The translations under genes and the position numbers were made by a program. Shown one piece after another: positions 47,093-56,895 of a stretch of DNA of 64,000 nucleotides. Every line of letters begins with the position of its first letter. Positions within the stretch are counted from its first letter, which is position 1. The stretch covers positions 5,421-69,420 of the forward strand of contig PHBI01000047.1 of the NCBI GenBank assembly GCA_002841945.1. The letters run 5' to 3'. The stretch comes from Deltaproteobacteria bacterium HGW-Deltaproteobacteria-14. Its GTDB lineage: Bacteria > Myxococcota_A > UBA9042 > PHBI01. The notes under the pieces were generated by a model. It worked only from the letters and a program-made list of their open reading frames with translations. It did not search any database and was not told where the DNA came from.

Positions 47093-48328
47093 GTGGACCT
47101 ACTCCGCGACAATCGCATCCTGCTCGGCGTCTCCGGCGGCATCGCCGCGTACAAGGCGCCGGAGCTCGTCCGCCGCCTGCGCGACGCCGGCGCCGACGTC
47201 CACGTCGTGCTCACCGCGGCCGCCGCGCGCTTCGTCTCGCCGCTGTCGCTCGAGGTCGTCAGCGAGCACCCGGTCGGCGCCGACCTGTGGGCCCCGGGAC
47301 GCGACAGCCGCATCGTCCACACCGACGCTGGCAAGGACGCCGATCTGATCTTGCTCGCCCCCGCCACCGCCGACCTCATCGGGCGGATCCGCCACGGCCT
47401 CGCCGACGACCTGCTCGCCACCACCGTCATGGCGTGCCACACCCCGGTGCTCGTGTGTCCTTCGATGAACACCGAGATGCTCGCCAACCCCTTCGTGCGC
47501 GAGAACCTCGCGGCCCTGTCCGCTGATCCGCGCTACACCCTGCTCGAGCCCGGGGTGGGCTTGCTCGCGTGCGGGGTCCACGGTCCCGGGCGGCTGCCCG
47601 ATCCCCCAGAGATCATCGAGGCCGCCGCCGCCGTGCTGACGGCGAAGGACCTCGCAGGGGTCCGCGTGACGCTGAGCGCCGGACCGACGCGGGAGGCGAT
47701 CGATCCGGTGCGGTTCTTGTCCAACCGCTCCACCGGGACGATGGGCTTCGCCCTGGCCCGCGCCTTCGCCGCCGCTGGGGCCGAGGTGACCCTGGTGGCC
47801 GGGCCCGTCGCGCTCAGGACGCCGGTCGGGGTGGCCCGCCGGGTCGACGTCGTCACCGCGGCCGACCTGCTCGGCGCCGTCGAGCGCGCCTGGGAGGGCA
47901 CCGACGTCCTCGTCATGACCGCAGCGGTCGCCGACTTCCGCCCGACGACCGTGGCCGCCGACAAGCTGAAGAAGGGCGACCTCGGCGCCGCGACGAGCAT
48001 GCCGCTCGAGCGGACCGCGGACGTCCTCGCGACGATGACCGCCCGCCCGGGACGCGACCAGAAGCTCCTGATCGGCTTCGCCGCCGAGACCCGTGACGTC
48101 GAGGGCTACGCCCGGCGCAAGCTCGCCGCCAAAGGCCTCGACTGGATCGTCGCCAACGACGTCGCCGCCGAGGGGGTTGGATTCGGGCCCGGTGACAACG
48201 CCGCCGTCCTGATCGGCCGCGACGGCGCCGCCCACCCGTTCCCGCGCGCCTCCAAGGAGGCGCTCGCGACGCGCCTCGTCGCGGCGCTCGCGCCGACCCT
48301 CGCCGCGCGGTCGCGTCGCGATGGCTGA
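47093..48328 (+). CDS. coaBC: Bifunctional phosphopantothenoylcysteine decarboxylase / phosphopantothenate-cysteine ligase CoaBC
   Basis: N-terminal flavoprotein motif ILLGVSGGIAAYKAPELVRRL. CoaB domain (GTMGFALA...DVLVMTAAVADF...KKGDLG). GTG 47093 is the best start. Confidence 0.85.
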   Translation: MDLLRDNRILLGVSGGIAAYKAPELVRRLRDAGADVHVVLTAAAARFVSPLSLEVVSEHPVGADLWAPGRDSRIVHTDAGKDADLILLAPATADLIGRIRHGLADDLLATTVMACHTPVLVCPSMNTEMLANPFVRENLAALSADPRYTLLEPGVGLLACGVHGPGRLPDPPEIIEAAAAVLTAKDLAGVRVTLSAGPTREAIDPVRFLSNRSTGTMGFALARAFAAAGAEVTLVAGPVALRTPVGVARRVDVVTAADLLGAVERAWEGTDVLVMTAAVADFRPTTVAADKLKKGDLGAATSMPLERTADVLATMTARPGRDQKLLIGFAAETRDVEGYARRKLAAKGLDWIVANDVAAEGVGFGPGDNAAVLIGRDGAAHPFPRASKEALATRLVAALAPTLAARSRRDG

Positions 48329-49166
48329 GGCGCGCCCCGAGGTCGCGGCGGCGGTGGCCGGTCTCGCGGCGGATCTGCGCGAGTGGCTCGCGTGGGCCGA
48401 CGACACCGGGGCCCTCGAGGTGCCGGCGTTCGACGCGCCGCCGACCGCCGCTCCCGCGCGCGTAGCGCACTCGCGGCCGCAGACCGCGCCGGGCCAAGCG
48501 GCCGGCGGGTTCGCGCGCAGCGGTCCGAGCCCCGCCGTCGCCGGGGCGCCGCGCCCGGCCCAGCCGGGTCGCGCGCGGCTGGCTCAGGCGCCGGCTCGGG
48601 CCCCCGGCGCCCCGGACGAGAGCCTCGAGCAGGTCAGGGCCGAGCTCGGTGAGTGCGATCGCTGCCCGCTCCACGCCGGCCGCCGCAACATCGTCTTCGG
48701 CGTAGGGAGCCCGGTCGCCGAGCTGATGCTCATCGGTGAAGGCCCCGGCCAGCACGAGGACATGACCGGCGAGCCCTTCGTCGGCCGGTCCGGGCAGCTC
48801 CTCACGCGCATGCTCGGGGCCATCGGGTTCGAGCGCAGCGCGGTCTACATCGCCAACGTCGTAAAGTGCCGGCCGCCCGGAAACCGCGACCCGGAGCCGA
48901 ACGAGGTCGCGCGCTGCAGCCCCTTCCTGCACCGCCAGATCCAGGCCATTCGCCCACGCGTGATCATGACGCTCGGCCGTTTTGCGGCGCAAAACATCGT
49001 CGGCCGCGACGGCACCCTCGGGGAGCTCCGCCGTCAGCTCCACGCCTACCAGCAGATCCCGGTCGTGGTCAGCTACCACCCCTCCTATCTGCTCCGCACG
49101 CCAGCGGCGAAGCGCCAGGCGTGGGAGGATCTCCTCAAGGTTCGCGAGCTGTTGCGCGGCGTTTGA
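48321..49166 (+). CDS. Uracil-DNA glycosylase, family 4 (with N-terminal Ala/Pro-rich extension)
   Basis: ECDRCPLHAGRRNIVFGVGSPVAELMLIGEGPGQHEDMTGEPFVGRSGQLL is the family-4 UDG signature. The ATG overlaps the coaBC stop. Confidence 0.8.
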   Translation: MAEARPEVAAAVAGLAADLREWLAWADDTGALEVPAFDAPPTAAPARVAHSRPQTAPGQAAGGFARSGPSPAVAGAPRPAQPGRARLAQAPARAPGAPDESLEQVRAELGECDRCPLHAGRRNIVFGVGSPVAELMLIGEGPGQHEDMTGEPFVGRSGQLLTRMLGAIGFERSAVYIANVVKCRPPGNRDPEPNEVARCSPFLHRQIQAIRPRVIMTLGRFAAQNIVGRDGTLGELRRQLHAYQQIPVVVSYHPSYLLRTPAAKRQAWEDLLKVRELLRGV

Positions 49167-49503
49167 CCTCGAACGCGTCGGTTTCGACGGCTTCAATCTC
49201 GCGTCGAAACGCGACACTCCCGCGAACCCGTTGCGCGCCGCGGCCGTGAGGCCATCGCGGCGCGCATTGCCACCCTCGCGTCACACTCGGCAGTGTGCGT
49301 CGCAATATTGCGGGTCCGTGGGACCGGCGTGAGCGCCCCGAGCCTCCTCGACGACGCGCTCGCGGGGCCGCGAAGCGAGCTCCGCTCGACGATCGCGAAG
49401 CGCCCTGTCGACGGGTCGATACGACGACGCCCCGAGCGGAGAGTCCGCTCGAGGCGTCAATCACGGGGCCCAGGACACGCGTCCCGGGAGGACCGTGAGA
49501 TCC

Positions 49504-49776
49504 CTACAGGGAGTCCTTGAAGGTCGGGGCGGCCTTGAAGCCGACCGACTTCGACGCCGGGATCGTGATGGCGTCGCCGGTGCGGGGGTTGCGGCCCGCG
49601 CGCGCGCCGCGCTCCTTGACGTTGAAGGTGCCGAAGCCCGGGTACGAGAAGCGGCCGTCGGCCTTGATGGCGCCCGCGAGGGCGTCGAAGACGGCCTGGA
49701 CGACCTCGCCGGTCTCCTTCTTGGAGCGACCCTCGAGGGAACCGTGGACCTGATCGATGAGCTCAGCCTTGGTCAT
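49504..49776 (-). CDS. HU/IHF-family DNA-binding protein (copy 1)
   Basis: MTKAELIDQV...GFGTFNVKERGARAGRNPRTGDAITIPASKSVGFKA. RBS AGGGAGAG. Confidence 0.8.
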   Translation of the reverse strand: MTKAELIDQVHGSLEGRSKKETGEVVQAVFDALAGAIKADGRFSYPGFGTFNVKERGARAGRNPRTGDAITIPASKSVGFKAAPTFKDSL

Positions 49777-49861
49777 TCTAACTCTCCCTTGGTGTGGCCG
49801 CCGTGGCGACCGATAGATGCGTGGTCCCGGTGTCGCCACCCGGCGACCCCGGAGGAGCAGC

Positions 49862-50137
49862 CTACAGGGCGTCCTTGAACTGCGGCGCCGGCTTGAAGTT
49901 GACGCTCTTCGACTCGGCGATGGTCAGCGCCTCGCCGGTGCGGGGGTTGCGGCCCTGGCGGGCGGCGCGGGTCTTCACGGTGAAGGTCCCGAAGTCGGGG
50001 TAGGCGATACGGCCGTCGCGCTGGATGCCCGCGCCGAGGGCGTCGAAGACGGCCTGGACGGCCGCGCCGGTCTCCTTCTTGTTCAGCTTGCCGTCGAGCT
50101 TGCCGTGGACCTGATCGATGAGTTCAGCCTTGGTCAT
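49862..50137 (-). CDS. HU/IHF-family DNA-binding protein (copy 2, tandem paralogue)
   Basis: MTKAELIDQV...DFGTFTVKTRAARQGRNPRTGEALTIAESKSVNFKP. About 70% identical to copy 1. RBS AAGGGGAG. Confidence 0.8.
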   Translation of the reverse strand: MTKAELIDQVHGKLDGKLNKKETGAAVQAVFDALGAGIQRDGRIAYPDFGTFTVKTRAARQGRNPRTGEALTIAESKSVNFKPAPQFKDAL

Positions 50138-50437
50138 GACGCTCCCCTTGGGTGCTGGTGGACGAGTCCATCAAAAAAACACGAGCAGACGAATCACGAT
50201 CCGACACCTCGCCGGCTCGTGCCACATGCTTCAGGGCCAGGCTCCATGCGGTTGAGCGCTGTCCCCAAGTGCTTTTGGCGGCATCGTAGGGACGCGCGAT
50301 CTTCCTTGTCAACACCATTTCATCATCTGCAGCGCATGAAACAAGGGTGCGAAGCGTTTCACGAGGTATCTGTCATGAATGCAACATCAATAAAAACAGC
50401 CGGTTGTGTCAATTGTCGGTTGTCGGTCACCGCAACG

Positions 50438-50478
50438 CCAAAAAAGCGCTGAGGGACTGTTGGAAGGCGCCTCAGCGG
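50438..50478 (-). terminator. Rho-independent terminator (minus strand): GC hairpin gctgagg(cgccttccaacagtcc)cctcagc followed by TTTTTT
   Basis: Plus strand reads aaaaaagcgctgagggactgttggaaggcgcctcagc. No annotated minus-strand gene ends here, so the terminator is orphan. Confidence 0.5.
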
Positions 50479-50479
50479 C

Positions 50480-50700
50480 GAGTGAACGAGTATTCATCGC
50501 GCGCGCGACGATGGCGCGGGTGCGGAATCGGATCAGGCAGCAGGGTATAGACCGGTCGGTTAAAGTCCCGATGACCCCCGTGGTACAGGCGTGAACCGTT
50601 TTTCGCAGGAAGTGCCACCCCGGGTTCACCCTCTCGCTTGCGCTCCCGTGCGCCACCCCGGTCGTGTGACTTCAGGCTGGCGCGAGGCGGACGAACGCGA
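50480..50700 (-). ncRNA. Candidate small RNA (unknown family) in the AT-richer island, terminating at the orphan terminator
   Basis: ~550-bp non-coding island (50140-50715) of lowered GC between the divergent HU and queA genes. A minus-strand terminator has no upstream ORF of good coding quality. No match by eye to SRP, RNase P, tmRNA or 6S signatures. Confidence 0.25.
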
Positions 50701-50715
50701 TAGAGACCCCCCCGC

Positions 50716-51768
50716 ATGGAACTGGAGCTCACGGTATCGGACTTCCAATTCGACCTGCCGGCGTCCGCCATCGCTCAGGTCCCCGCCGCGTCGCGCGAGG
50801 GCGCGCGGATGATGGTGCTGCCGCGGGCGGGCGGCCCGGTGGAGCACGGCGCGATGTCGGATCTCGCCGACCGCCTGCGCGGCGACGAGCTGCTCGTCTT
50901 CAACGACACCCGGGTGGTGCGCGCGCGGCTGCGCGGGCACAAGGACAGCGGCGGGCGCGTGGAGCTGCTCGCGCTCGGGCCCGCGCCGGACGGTCGGAGC
51001 TTCACGGCGATGGCGAAGACGAGCAAGCCCCTGCGACCAGGTGGGAGCGTGCTCCTCGGCGCAGACGTCGCCCTCCGGGTCGTGGCCGCGCACGGCGCCG
51101 GCCGCTACACCGTCGCGCTCCCCGACGGGACGGCCGATCTGTGGTCGCTGCTCGAGGCGCATGGCGAGCTCCCGCTCCCACCTTATATAGAGCGACCGCA
51201 GGGACCGCTGCCCGCGGACGCCGAGCGCTACCAGACCGTCTTCGCCCGGCACCCCGGCGCGGTCGCCGCCCCGACCGCCGGGCTCCACTTCTCCGAGGCG
51301 CTCCTCGAGCGCCTCGCCGCGCGCGGCTGCGAGACCGCGCGGGTGACCCTCCACGTCGGCCCCGGGACCTTCTTGCCGGTGCGCGCCGAGCGCGTCGCGG
51401 AGCACACGATGCACGCCGAGCGCTACGTCATCGACGCCGACGCGGCGGACGCGATCGCCCGCGCGCGCGCCGCCGGCCGCCCGATCCTCGCCGTCGGCAC
51501 CACCGTGGTCCGCGCCCTCGAGGCGTCCGCCGAGCGGCACCACGGCGAGGTGGTTGCCGAGGCGGCGGAGACCGCCATCTTCATTCGCCCGGGGCGGCCC
51601 CTGCGCGTCGTCGACCAGCTGGTCACGAACTTCCACCTGCCGGGGTCGACGCTCTTGATGCTCGTCTCGGCCTTCGTCGGCCGCGAGCGGGTGCTGGCCG
51701 CCTATCAGGAGGCCGTCGCGCGCGGGTACCGCTTCTACAGCTACGGGGACGGGATGTGGATCCGATGA
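50716..51768 (+). CDS. queA: S-adenosylmethionine:tRNA ribosyltransferase-isomerase QueA
   Basis: MELELTVSDFQFDLPASAIAQVPAASREGARMMVL...YQTVFA is a QueA signature. Followed by tgt. Confidence 0.9.
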   Translation: MELELTVSDFQFDLPASAIAQVPAASREGARMMVLPRAGGPVEHGAMSDLADRLRGDELLVFNDTRVVRARLRGHKDSGGRVELLALGPAPDGRSFTAMAKTSKPLRPGGSVLLGADVALRVVAAHGAGRYTVALPDGTADLWSLLEAHGELPLPPYIERPQGPLPADAERYQTVFARHPGAVAAPTAGLHFSEALLERLAARGCETARVTLHVGPGTFLPVRAERVAEHTMHAERYVIDADAADAIARARAAGRPILAVGTTVVRALEASAERHHGEVVAEAAETAIFIRPGRPLRVVDQLVTNFHLPGSTLLMLVSAFVGRERVLAAYQEAVARGYRFYSYGDGMWIR

Positions 51769-52910
51769 CGCGCTTTCGCTTCGAGCTGCTCGGCGACGAC
51801 GGCGCCACCGCCGCGCGCCTCGGGCGCCTCCATACCGCCCACGGCACCGTCGAGACCCCGGTCTTCATGCCGGTCGGCACCCTCGGCACGGTCAAGGGGC
51901 TCACCCCGGCGCAGCTCGAGGACATCGGCGCCCGCATCATCCTCGGCAACACCTACCACCTCTACCTGCGCCCGGGGATGGACGTCGTGCGCGCCCTCGG
52001 CGGCCTCCACCGGATGGCCGCCTGGCCCCACCCGATCCTCACCGACAGCGGCGGGTTCCAGGTCTTCAGCCTGCGGCACCGCGCCCGCATCGAGGAGCAC
52101 GGCGTCACCTTCGCGTCCCACATCGACGGCAGCCCGCATCTCCTGACCCCCGAGGACGCCATCGGCATCCAGGAGACCCTGGGCAGCGACATCATGATGG
52201 CCTTCGACGAGTGCCCGCCGGCCGGGGCGCCGGTCGGCGCGGTCAACCGCGCGATGGAGCGCACCTCGCGGTGGGCGCGTCGCTGCATCGCCGCGCGCAC
52301 CCGCGAGGACAACGCTCTGTTCGGCATCGTTCAGGGGGGCGTCGACGGCGAGCTGCGCCGCCGCTCGGCCGCCGACCTGACGACGCTCCCCTTCGAGGGG
52401 TTCGCCCTCGGCGGGCTGAGCGTCGGCGAGGCCCGCGAGGCGACCTGGGAGAGCGTCGCCGCCGCGGCGCCGCTGCTGCCGACGGCCAAGCCCCGCTACC
52501 TGATGGGGGTCGGCACCCCGGAGGATCTGCTCGTCTGCGTGGGCCTCGGCGTCGACATGTTCGACTGCGTGCTGCCGACCCGCCACGCCCGCAACGCCCG
52601 CATCATGACCGCCGACGGCGACTTCAACCTGCGCAACGCCAAGTACCGCCTCGACGACCGGCCGCTCGACCCGACCTGCGGCTGCTACTGCTGCACGAAC
52701 TTCAGCCGCGGCTACCTGCGCCACCTCCACAAGTCGAACGAGGTCCTCTTCAACACCCTCGCGAGCCTCCACAACGTCTACTACCTCATCGACCTGATGC
52801 GCGGGGCGCGGGCGGCGATCGCCACGGGATCGTACGCCGCCTACAAACGCGAGCTGCTCGCCCGACGGGCCTTGGGGGCCGCTCCGGCGCAGGACGCGGC
52901 CGCGCCCTGA
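51765..52910 (+). CDS. tgt: Queuine tRNA-ribosyltransferase Tgt
   Basis: ATGA overlap with queA. TAHGTVETPVFMPVGT...ILGNTYHL...DECP... and a Zn-site CxCxxC...H near the C-terminus. Confidence 0.9.
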   Translation: MTRFRFELLGDDGATAARLGRLHTAHGTVETPVFMPVGTLGTVKGLTPAQLEDIGARIILGNTYHLYLRPGMDVVRALGGLHRMAAWPHPILTDSGGFQVFSLRHRARIEEHGVTFASHIDGSPHLLTPEDAIGIQETLGSDIMMAFDECPPAGAPVGAVNRAMERTSRWARRCIAARTREDNALFGIVQGGVDGELRRRSAADLTTLPFEGFALGGLSVGEAREATWESVAAAAPLLPTAKPRYLMGVGTPEDLLVCVGLGVDMFDCVLPTRHARNARIMTADGDFNLRNAKYRLDDRPLDPTCGCYCCTNFSRGYLRHLHKSNEVLFNTLASLHNVYYLIDLMRGARAAIATGSYAAYKRELLARRALGAAPAQDAAAP

Positions 52911-53066
52911 GCGGGGCCGCAAAGGTCTTGGTTGACCGCGTAAGGGCCATTTGTTATGCGTACCTGCCCGCGAGGCCCGGGCGATTCGTGTTTTTCTATT
53001 AATTCCGCCGGGTTGCCGGTTCGTTCGCGCCCACGGAGGCCGCTGTTGGATCGCCTGTACGACTTC

Positions 53067-53462
53067 ATGATCCTCGCTCAAGGCGCCCCAGGCGCCGCGC
53101 CGGCCGGTCCCGCCGCGGGCGGAGCCCCCGCGGGTGGCGGTGCCGTCGGGCAGCCGGCGTGCGGCGGAGGCGAGCAGCTCCTGTTCATGCTGGGGATGCT
53201 GGTCCTCTTCTACTTCCTCCTGATCCGGCCCCAGCAGAAGCGCGCCAAGCAGCACCGCGAGCTCATCGGCGCGCTCAAGCGCGGCGACAGCGTCATCACG
53301 TCGAGCGGGATCTTCGGCCGCATCGTCGAGATCGACGGCAACGCGATGACCCTCGAGATCGGGAAGAACACCCAGATCAAGATTCTGAAGTCGTACGTCG
53401 CGGGCATCGCGAACACCGACACCGAGAGCACCCTCGCCAAGGGACCGCAGGCCGGTACCTGA
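53067..53462 (+). CDS. yajC: Preprotein translocase subunit YajC
   Basis: LLFMLGMLVLFYFLLIRPQQKRAKQHRELIGALKRGDSVITSSGIFGRIVEI is the YajC signature. Canonical queA-tgt-yajC-secDF order. Confidence 0.8.
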   Translation: MILAQGAPGAAPAGPAAGGAPAGGGAVGQPACGGGEQLLFMLGMLVLFYFLLIRPQQKRAKQHRELIGALKRGDSVITSSGIFGRIVEIDGNAMTLEIGKNTQIKILKSYVAGIANTDTESTLAKGPQAGT

Positions 53463-53547
53463 GCGCTCGCGTCTCGTACACCGCCGACCTCCCGCCATCT
53501 AGCACTCGCCGGCGGGGGTCGGCTTCCTCTTCAAGGAGCCCCAAGGC

Positions 53548-55350
53548 ATGAACAAGAAGCGCAACTGGCGCGCGATCTTCACATGGGCGCTGTTCGTCTT
53601 CTCGGTGATCTACACGCTGCCGTCGGTCATCGACGTGCCGTCGTGGTACCCGTTCTCGAAGTCGCTCCGCGGCGGCCTCGACCTCCAGGGCGGCCTCGAG
53701 CTGCGCTACACGGTCGACTGGAAGCACGCGGTCGAGGACGCAGGTCGCAAGGTCGGAGACTCGGTCCGCACCCGCATCGTCGAAGAGCTCGCCAAGGCTG
53801 ACAACAAGAACGTCGCCGACCTCGACCGCGCCGCCTTCGACACCTATGGAAAGCGGATCCAGTTCGAGACGACGGACATCAGCGTGGTCCGCGTGACCTT
53901 CGCCGACGATCAGGCCGCCGGTCTCTTCGACGCCGAGGTCCTCCGCGGCATCGACGATCGCTACGAGATCTCCTCGGCAGGGAACCGGGCCTACGACCTG
54001 ATCCTCCCCGACAAGCAGGTCGTGACGATCCAAAACCAGATCGTGCGCGAGACCCGCGACAACATCGAGAAGCGCGTGGAGGCGATGGGCCTCCTCGACC
54101 CGGACGTCCGCATCGCGGGCGACTCGGACATTTCGGTGCAGATCCCGGGCGTCGGCAAGCAGCAGATGGACCTCGTGCGACAGCACCTGGGCCGGACGGC
54201 GCAGCTGACGATGCGCTTCGTCGACCGCGCCGGGACCTTCTTCAAGGACCAGGCCGCCGCCGTCGAGGCCTACAAGAAGGCCCACCCCGAGGACGGCGAG
54301 ACGCTGCAGATCGGGGGCGCGAACAGCGCCACCGGCTTCTTCGTCCGGGCCGAGACCAAGAGCGGGCTCGTCAAGTTCATCCGCACCCTCGAGATCCCGT
54401 CCGGCCACATGATCGGCTACGAGTTCATCGAGGACTTCGCCCGCGACGGCAGCCGCAGCGACTGGTACTGGCGCACCCAGTACCTGTTCGACAAGGTCGA
54501 GGTCACCGGTCAGAACCTCGCCCGCGCCCGCGCCAGCTACGACGAGAAGAACCAGCCCGTGGTGCTCCTCGACTTCAACAGCGAGGGCGCGCGGCTGTTC
54601 GCCGACGCCACCGGCAACAACGTCAAGGAGTACCTGGCCATCCTCCTCGACGACGACGTCGCCTCGGCCCCGCAGATCGAAGAGAAGATCGCCGGCGGCC
54701 GCGCCCGCATCACCGTCGGTCGGGGCGGCAACGTCACCCAGATGGTGCAGGAGGCCCGCGCGCTGTCGCAGGTCCTCAACCAGGGCGCCTACCAGGCCCC
54801 GGTCTACAAGGTACACGACAACGAGGTCGGGCCCAGCCTGGGGCACGACTCGGTCAACGCCGGCATCGTGGCGCTCTCGGTCGGCTTCGCGCTGGTCGTG
54901 GCCTTCATGATCCTCTACTACCGCGTCTCGGGTCTCATCGCCGTGACGGTGCTCCTCTTCAACATGCTGCTCATCACCACCATCCTGGTGAGCTTCAACA
55001 CGGCGCTGACCCTGCCGGGCATCGCGGGCATCATCCTCACGATCGGTATGGCGGTGGACGCCAACATCATCATCTTCGAGCGCATACGCGAGGAGCTGGT
55101 CGCCGGGCGAACCCCGCGGGCCGCGGTCGACGCCGGATACAGCAAGGCGCTCTCCGCCATCCTCGACGCCAACATCACGACGGCGCTCGCGGGCTTCATC
55201 CTGCTGAACTACACCAGCGGGACCATCCGAAACTTCGCCGTGACGCTGCTTATCGGCATCGTCAGCTCGGTCTTCACCGCGGTCGTCGTCGCCCGCATGC
55301 TCTTCAATTACTGGCTGAACTCCAAGAAGCCCACCGAGCTCTCCATCTGA
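53548..55350 (+). CDS. secD: Protein translocase subunit SecD
   Basis: 600 aa. C-terminal TM bundle with LTLPGIAGIILTIGMAVDANIIIFERIREE. Confidence 0.9.
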   Translation: MNKKRNWRAIFTWALFVFSVIYTLPSVIDVPSWYPFSKSLRGGLDLQGGLELRYTVDWKHAVEDAGRKVGDSVRTRIVEELAKADNKNVADLDRAAFDTYGKRIQFETTDISVVRVTFADDQAAGLFDAEVLRGIDDRYEISSAGNRAYDLILPDKQVVTIQNQIVRETRDNIEKRVEAMGLLDPDVRIAGDSDISVQIPGVGKQQMDLVRQHLGRTAQLTMRFVDRAGTFFKDQAAAVEAYKKAHPEDGETLQIGGANSATGFFVRAETKSGLVKFIRTLEIPSGHMIGYEFIEDFARDGSRSDWYWRTQYLFDKVEVTGQNLARARASYDEKNQPVVLLDFNSEGARLFADATGNNVKEYLAILLDDDVASAPQIEEKIAGGRARITVGRGGNVTQMVQEARALSQVLNQGAYQAPVYKVHDNEVGPSLGHDSVNAGIVALSVGFALVVAFMILYYRVSGLIAVTVLLFNMLLITTILVSFNTALTLPGIAGIILTIGMAVDANIIIFERIREELVAGRTPRAAVDAGYSKALSAILDANITTALAGFILLNYTSGTIRNFAVTLLIGIVSSVFTAVVVARMLFNYWLNSKKPTELSI

Positions 55351-55359
55351 GGTGCACCG

Positions 55360-56820
55360 ATGAAGTTCATTCCGGACGACATCAATATCGACTTCATGGG
55401 TGCGCGGAAGAAGGCTTTCGTCTTCTCGGGCGTGCTCATCGCGGCCAGCCTCGTCGGGCTGTTCGCGTTCGGACTCAACCAAGGCATCGACTTCAAGGGC
55501 GGTAGCGCCGTTGTAGCGAGCTTCGAACAAGGCAGCGTCAGCGATCGCGGCAAGATCGGGGACTCGGTCAGCGCGCTGCTCGCCAGCGAGCTCGGCAACG
55601 CCGACAGCGAGGTCACGGTCCAGGACTTCTCGACCGGCGTCGGCAGCGAGATCACGACCTGCAAGGACGTGCCGCAAGCCGCTGGCCCCGCCAAGCGCGA
55701 GTGTACGACCCGCGACGTCGATCGCTTCCTGATCTACACCGAGATCACGACGCTCATCGTCCCGGACAAGCGGGCGGCCATCGTCAAGGCGATCCAGGAC
55801 AAGTACGGCGCGGAGACCCGGGTCCAGAGCCGCGAGGACTCGGACACCTTCTACCTGTACTTCGCCGGCGACGCCGACATCCTGACCCGCGAGGGCGACC
55901 TCAAGGCGCTCTTCAAGTCCCTCGGCTACGAGCACATCACGGCCACGTCGAACTACGAGCAGCAGCTCGAGGTCGACTTCCTCCGCGCGCAGGACCTGGC
56001 CCGCCAGGACGCCCGCGCCACCGGAGGGGACGACGCCAACGCCGAGGAGGTCTCGGCCGGGCCGAGCCAGGCCGAGTACGAGGCGAAGAAGCAGCAGGAG
56101 CTCGTCGGCAAGACCGACAAGAACTTCACGGTCAACGTCGAGGAGCTGCGCGGGGTCGTCGAGGCCCGGCTGCTGGCCGACTTCCCCGGGTCGTTCATCA
56201 CCGTCGAGAGCTCGATGAGCGTCTCACCGTCGGTCGGTAAGGACCTCTTCAACAACGGCCTGCTGGCGCTCCTCTACGCCATCATCGGCATCCTGATCTA
56301 CATCACGGTGCGCTTCGACTTCCGCTACGCTCCGGGCGCCGTCGCGGCCCTCGTCCACGACGTCATCATCACGATGGGCTTCTTCGCGGTGCTCCAGGTG
56401 AAGTTCTCGCTGCCCATCATCGCGGCGCTCCTCACCATCATCGGCTACTCGCTCAACGACACCATCGTGGTGATGGACCGCGTCCGCGAGACCTTCGAGA
56501 CCTACCGCGGTCAGGGGATGCTCAAGCTCCTCAACCGCGCCATCAACAACACCCTGTCCCGCACGACCCTCACCTCGGCCACGACCCTGTTTTCGGTCAT
56601 CGCCATCCTGGTGTTCGGCGGCGGTCAGATCCGCGACTTCGCCCTGGCGCTGTTCATCGGCATCACCATCGGGACGTACTCCTCCGTCTACATCGCGAGC
56701 CCGCTCGTGTTCTACATGGACCAGTACCTCGAGCGCCGCAACGCGCATCAGAAGGAAGACTCCCGCTCGGGCAACAACAAGCCCGGCGACAAGTCGAACC
56801 GCGCGAAGGCCGCGGTATGA
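55360..56820 (+). CDS. secF: Protein translocase subunit SecF (long form)
   Basis: IDFKGGS... and a C-terminal TM region GYSLNDTIVVMDRVRE. 486 aa with a periplasmic insert. Confidence 0.9.
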   Translation: MKFIPDDINIDFMGARKKAFVFSGVLIAASLVGLFAFGLNQGIDFKGGSAVVASFEQGSVSDRGKIGDSVSALLASELGNADSEVTVQDFSTGVGSEITTCKDVPQAAGPAKRECTTRDVDRFLIYTEITTLIVPDKRAAIVKAIQDKYGAETRVQSREDSDTFYLYFAGDADILTREGDLKALFKSLGYEHITATSNYEQQLEVDFLRAQDLARQDARATGGDDANAEEVSAGPSQAEYEAKKQQELVGKTDKNFTVNVEELRGVVEARLLADFPGSFITVESSMSVSPSVGKDLFNNGLLALLYAIIGILIYITVRFDFRYAPGAVAALVHDVIITMGFFAVLQVKFSLPIIAALLTIIGYSLNDTIVVMDRVRETFETYRGQGMLKLLNRAINNTLSRTTLTSATTLFSVIAILVFGGGQIRDFALALFIGITIGTYSSVYIASPLVFYMDQYLERRNAHQKEDSRSGNNKPGDKSNRAKAAV

Positions 56821-56895
56821 GCGCGTGACCGAGCGAGGCGCCTGCGGGCGCCTCGCTCGTTTTGACGCACTGCACAAGGGCGGGGGTTTTCTACG

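Noticed and set aside
50140-50715. Known structured RNAs (SRP/4.5S, RNase P, tmRNA, 6S) in the AT-rich island
   Set aside because: None of the conserved signature motifs (e.g. SRP GGAAGCAGCC, RNase P GGAAAGUCCGGGCUCC, tmRNA tRNA-like ends) could be found by eye. Kept only as an unclassified sRNA candidate.
51741-53498. 585-aa minus ORF
   Set aside because: Antisense to tgt/yajC.
53377-55935. 852-aa minus ORF
   Set aside because: Antisense to secD/secF.
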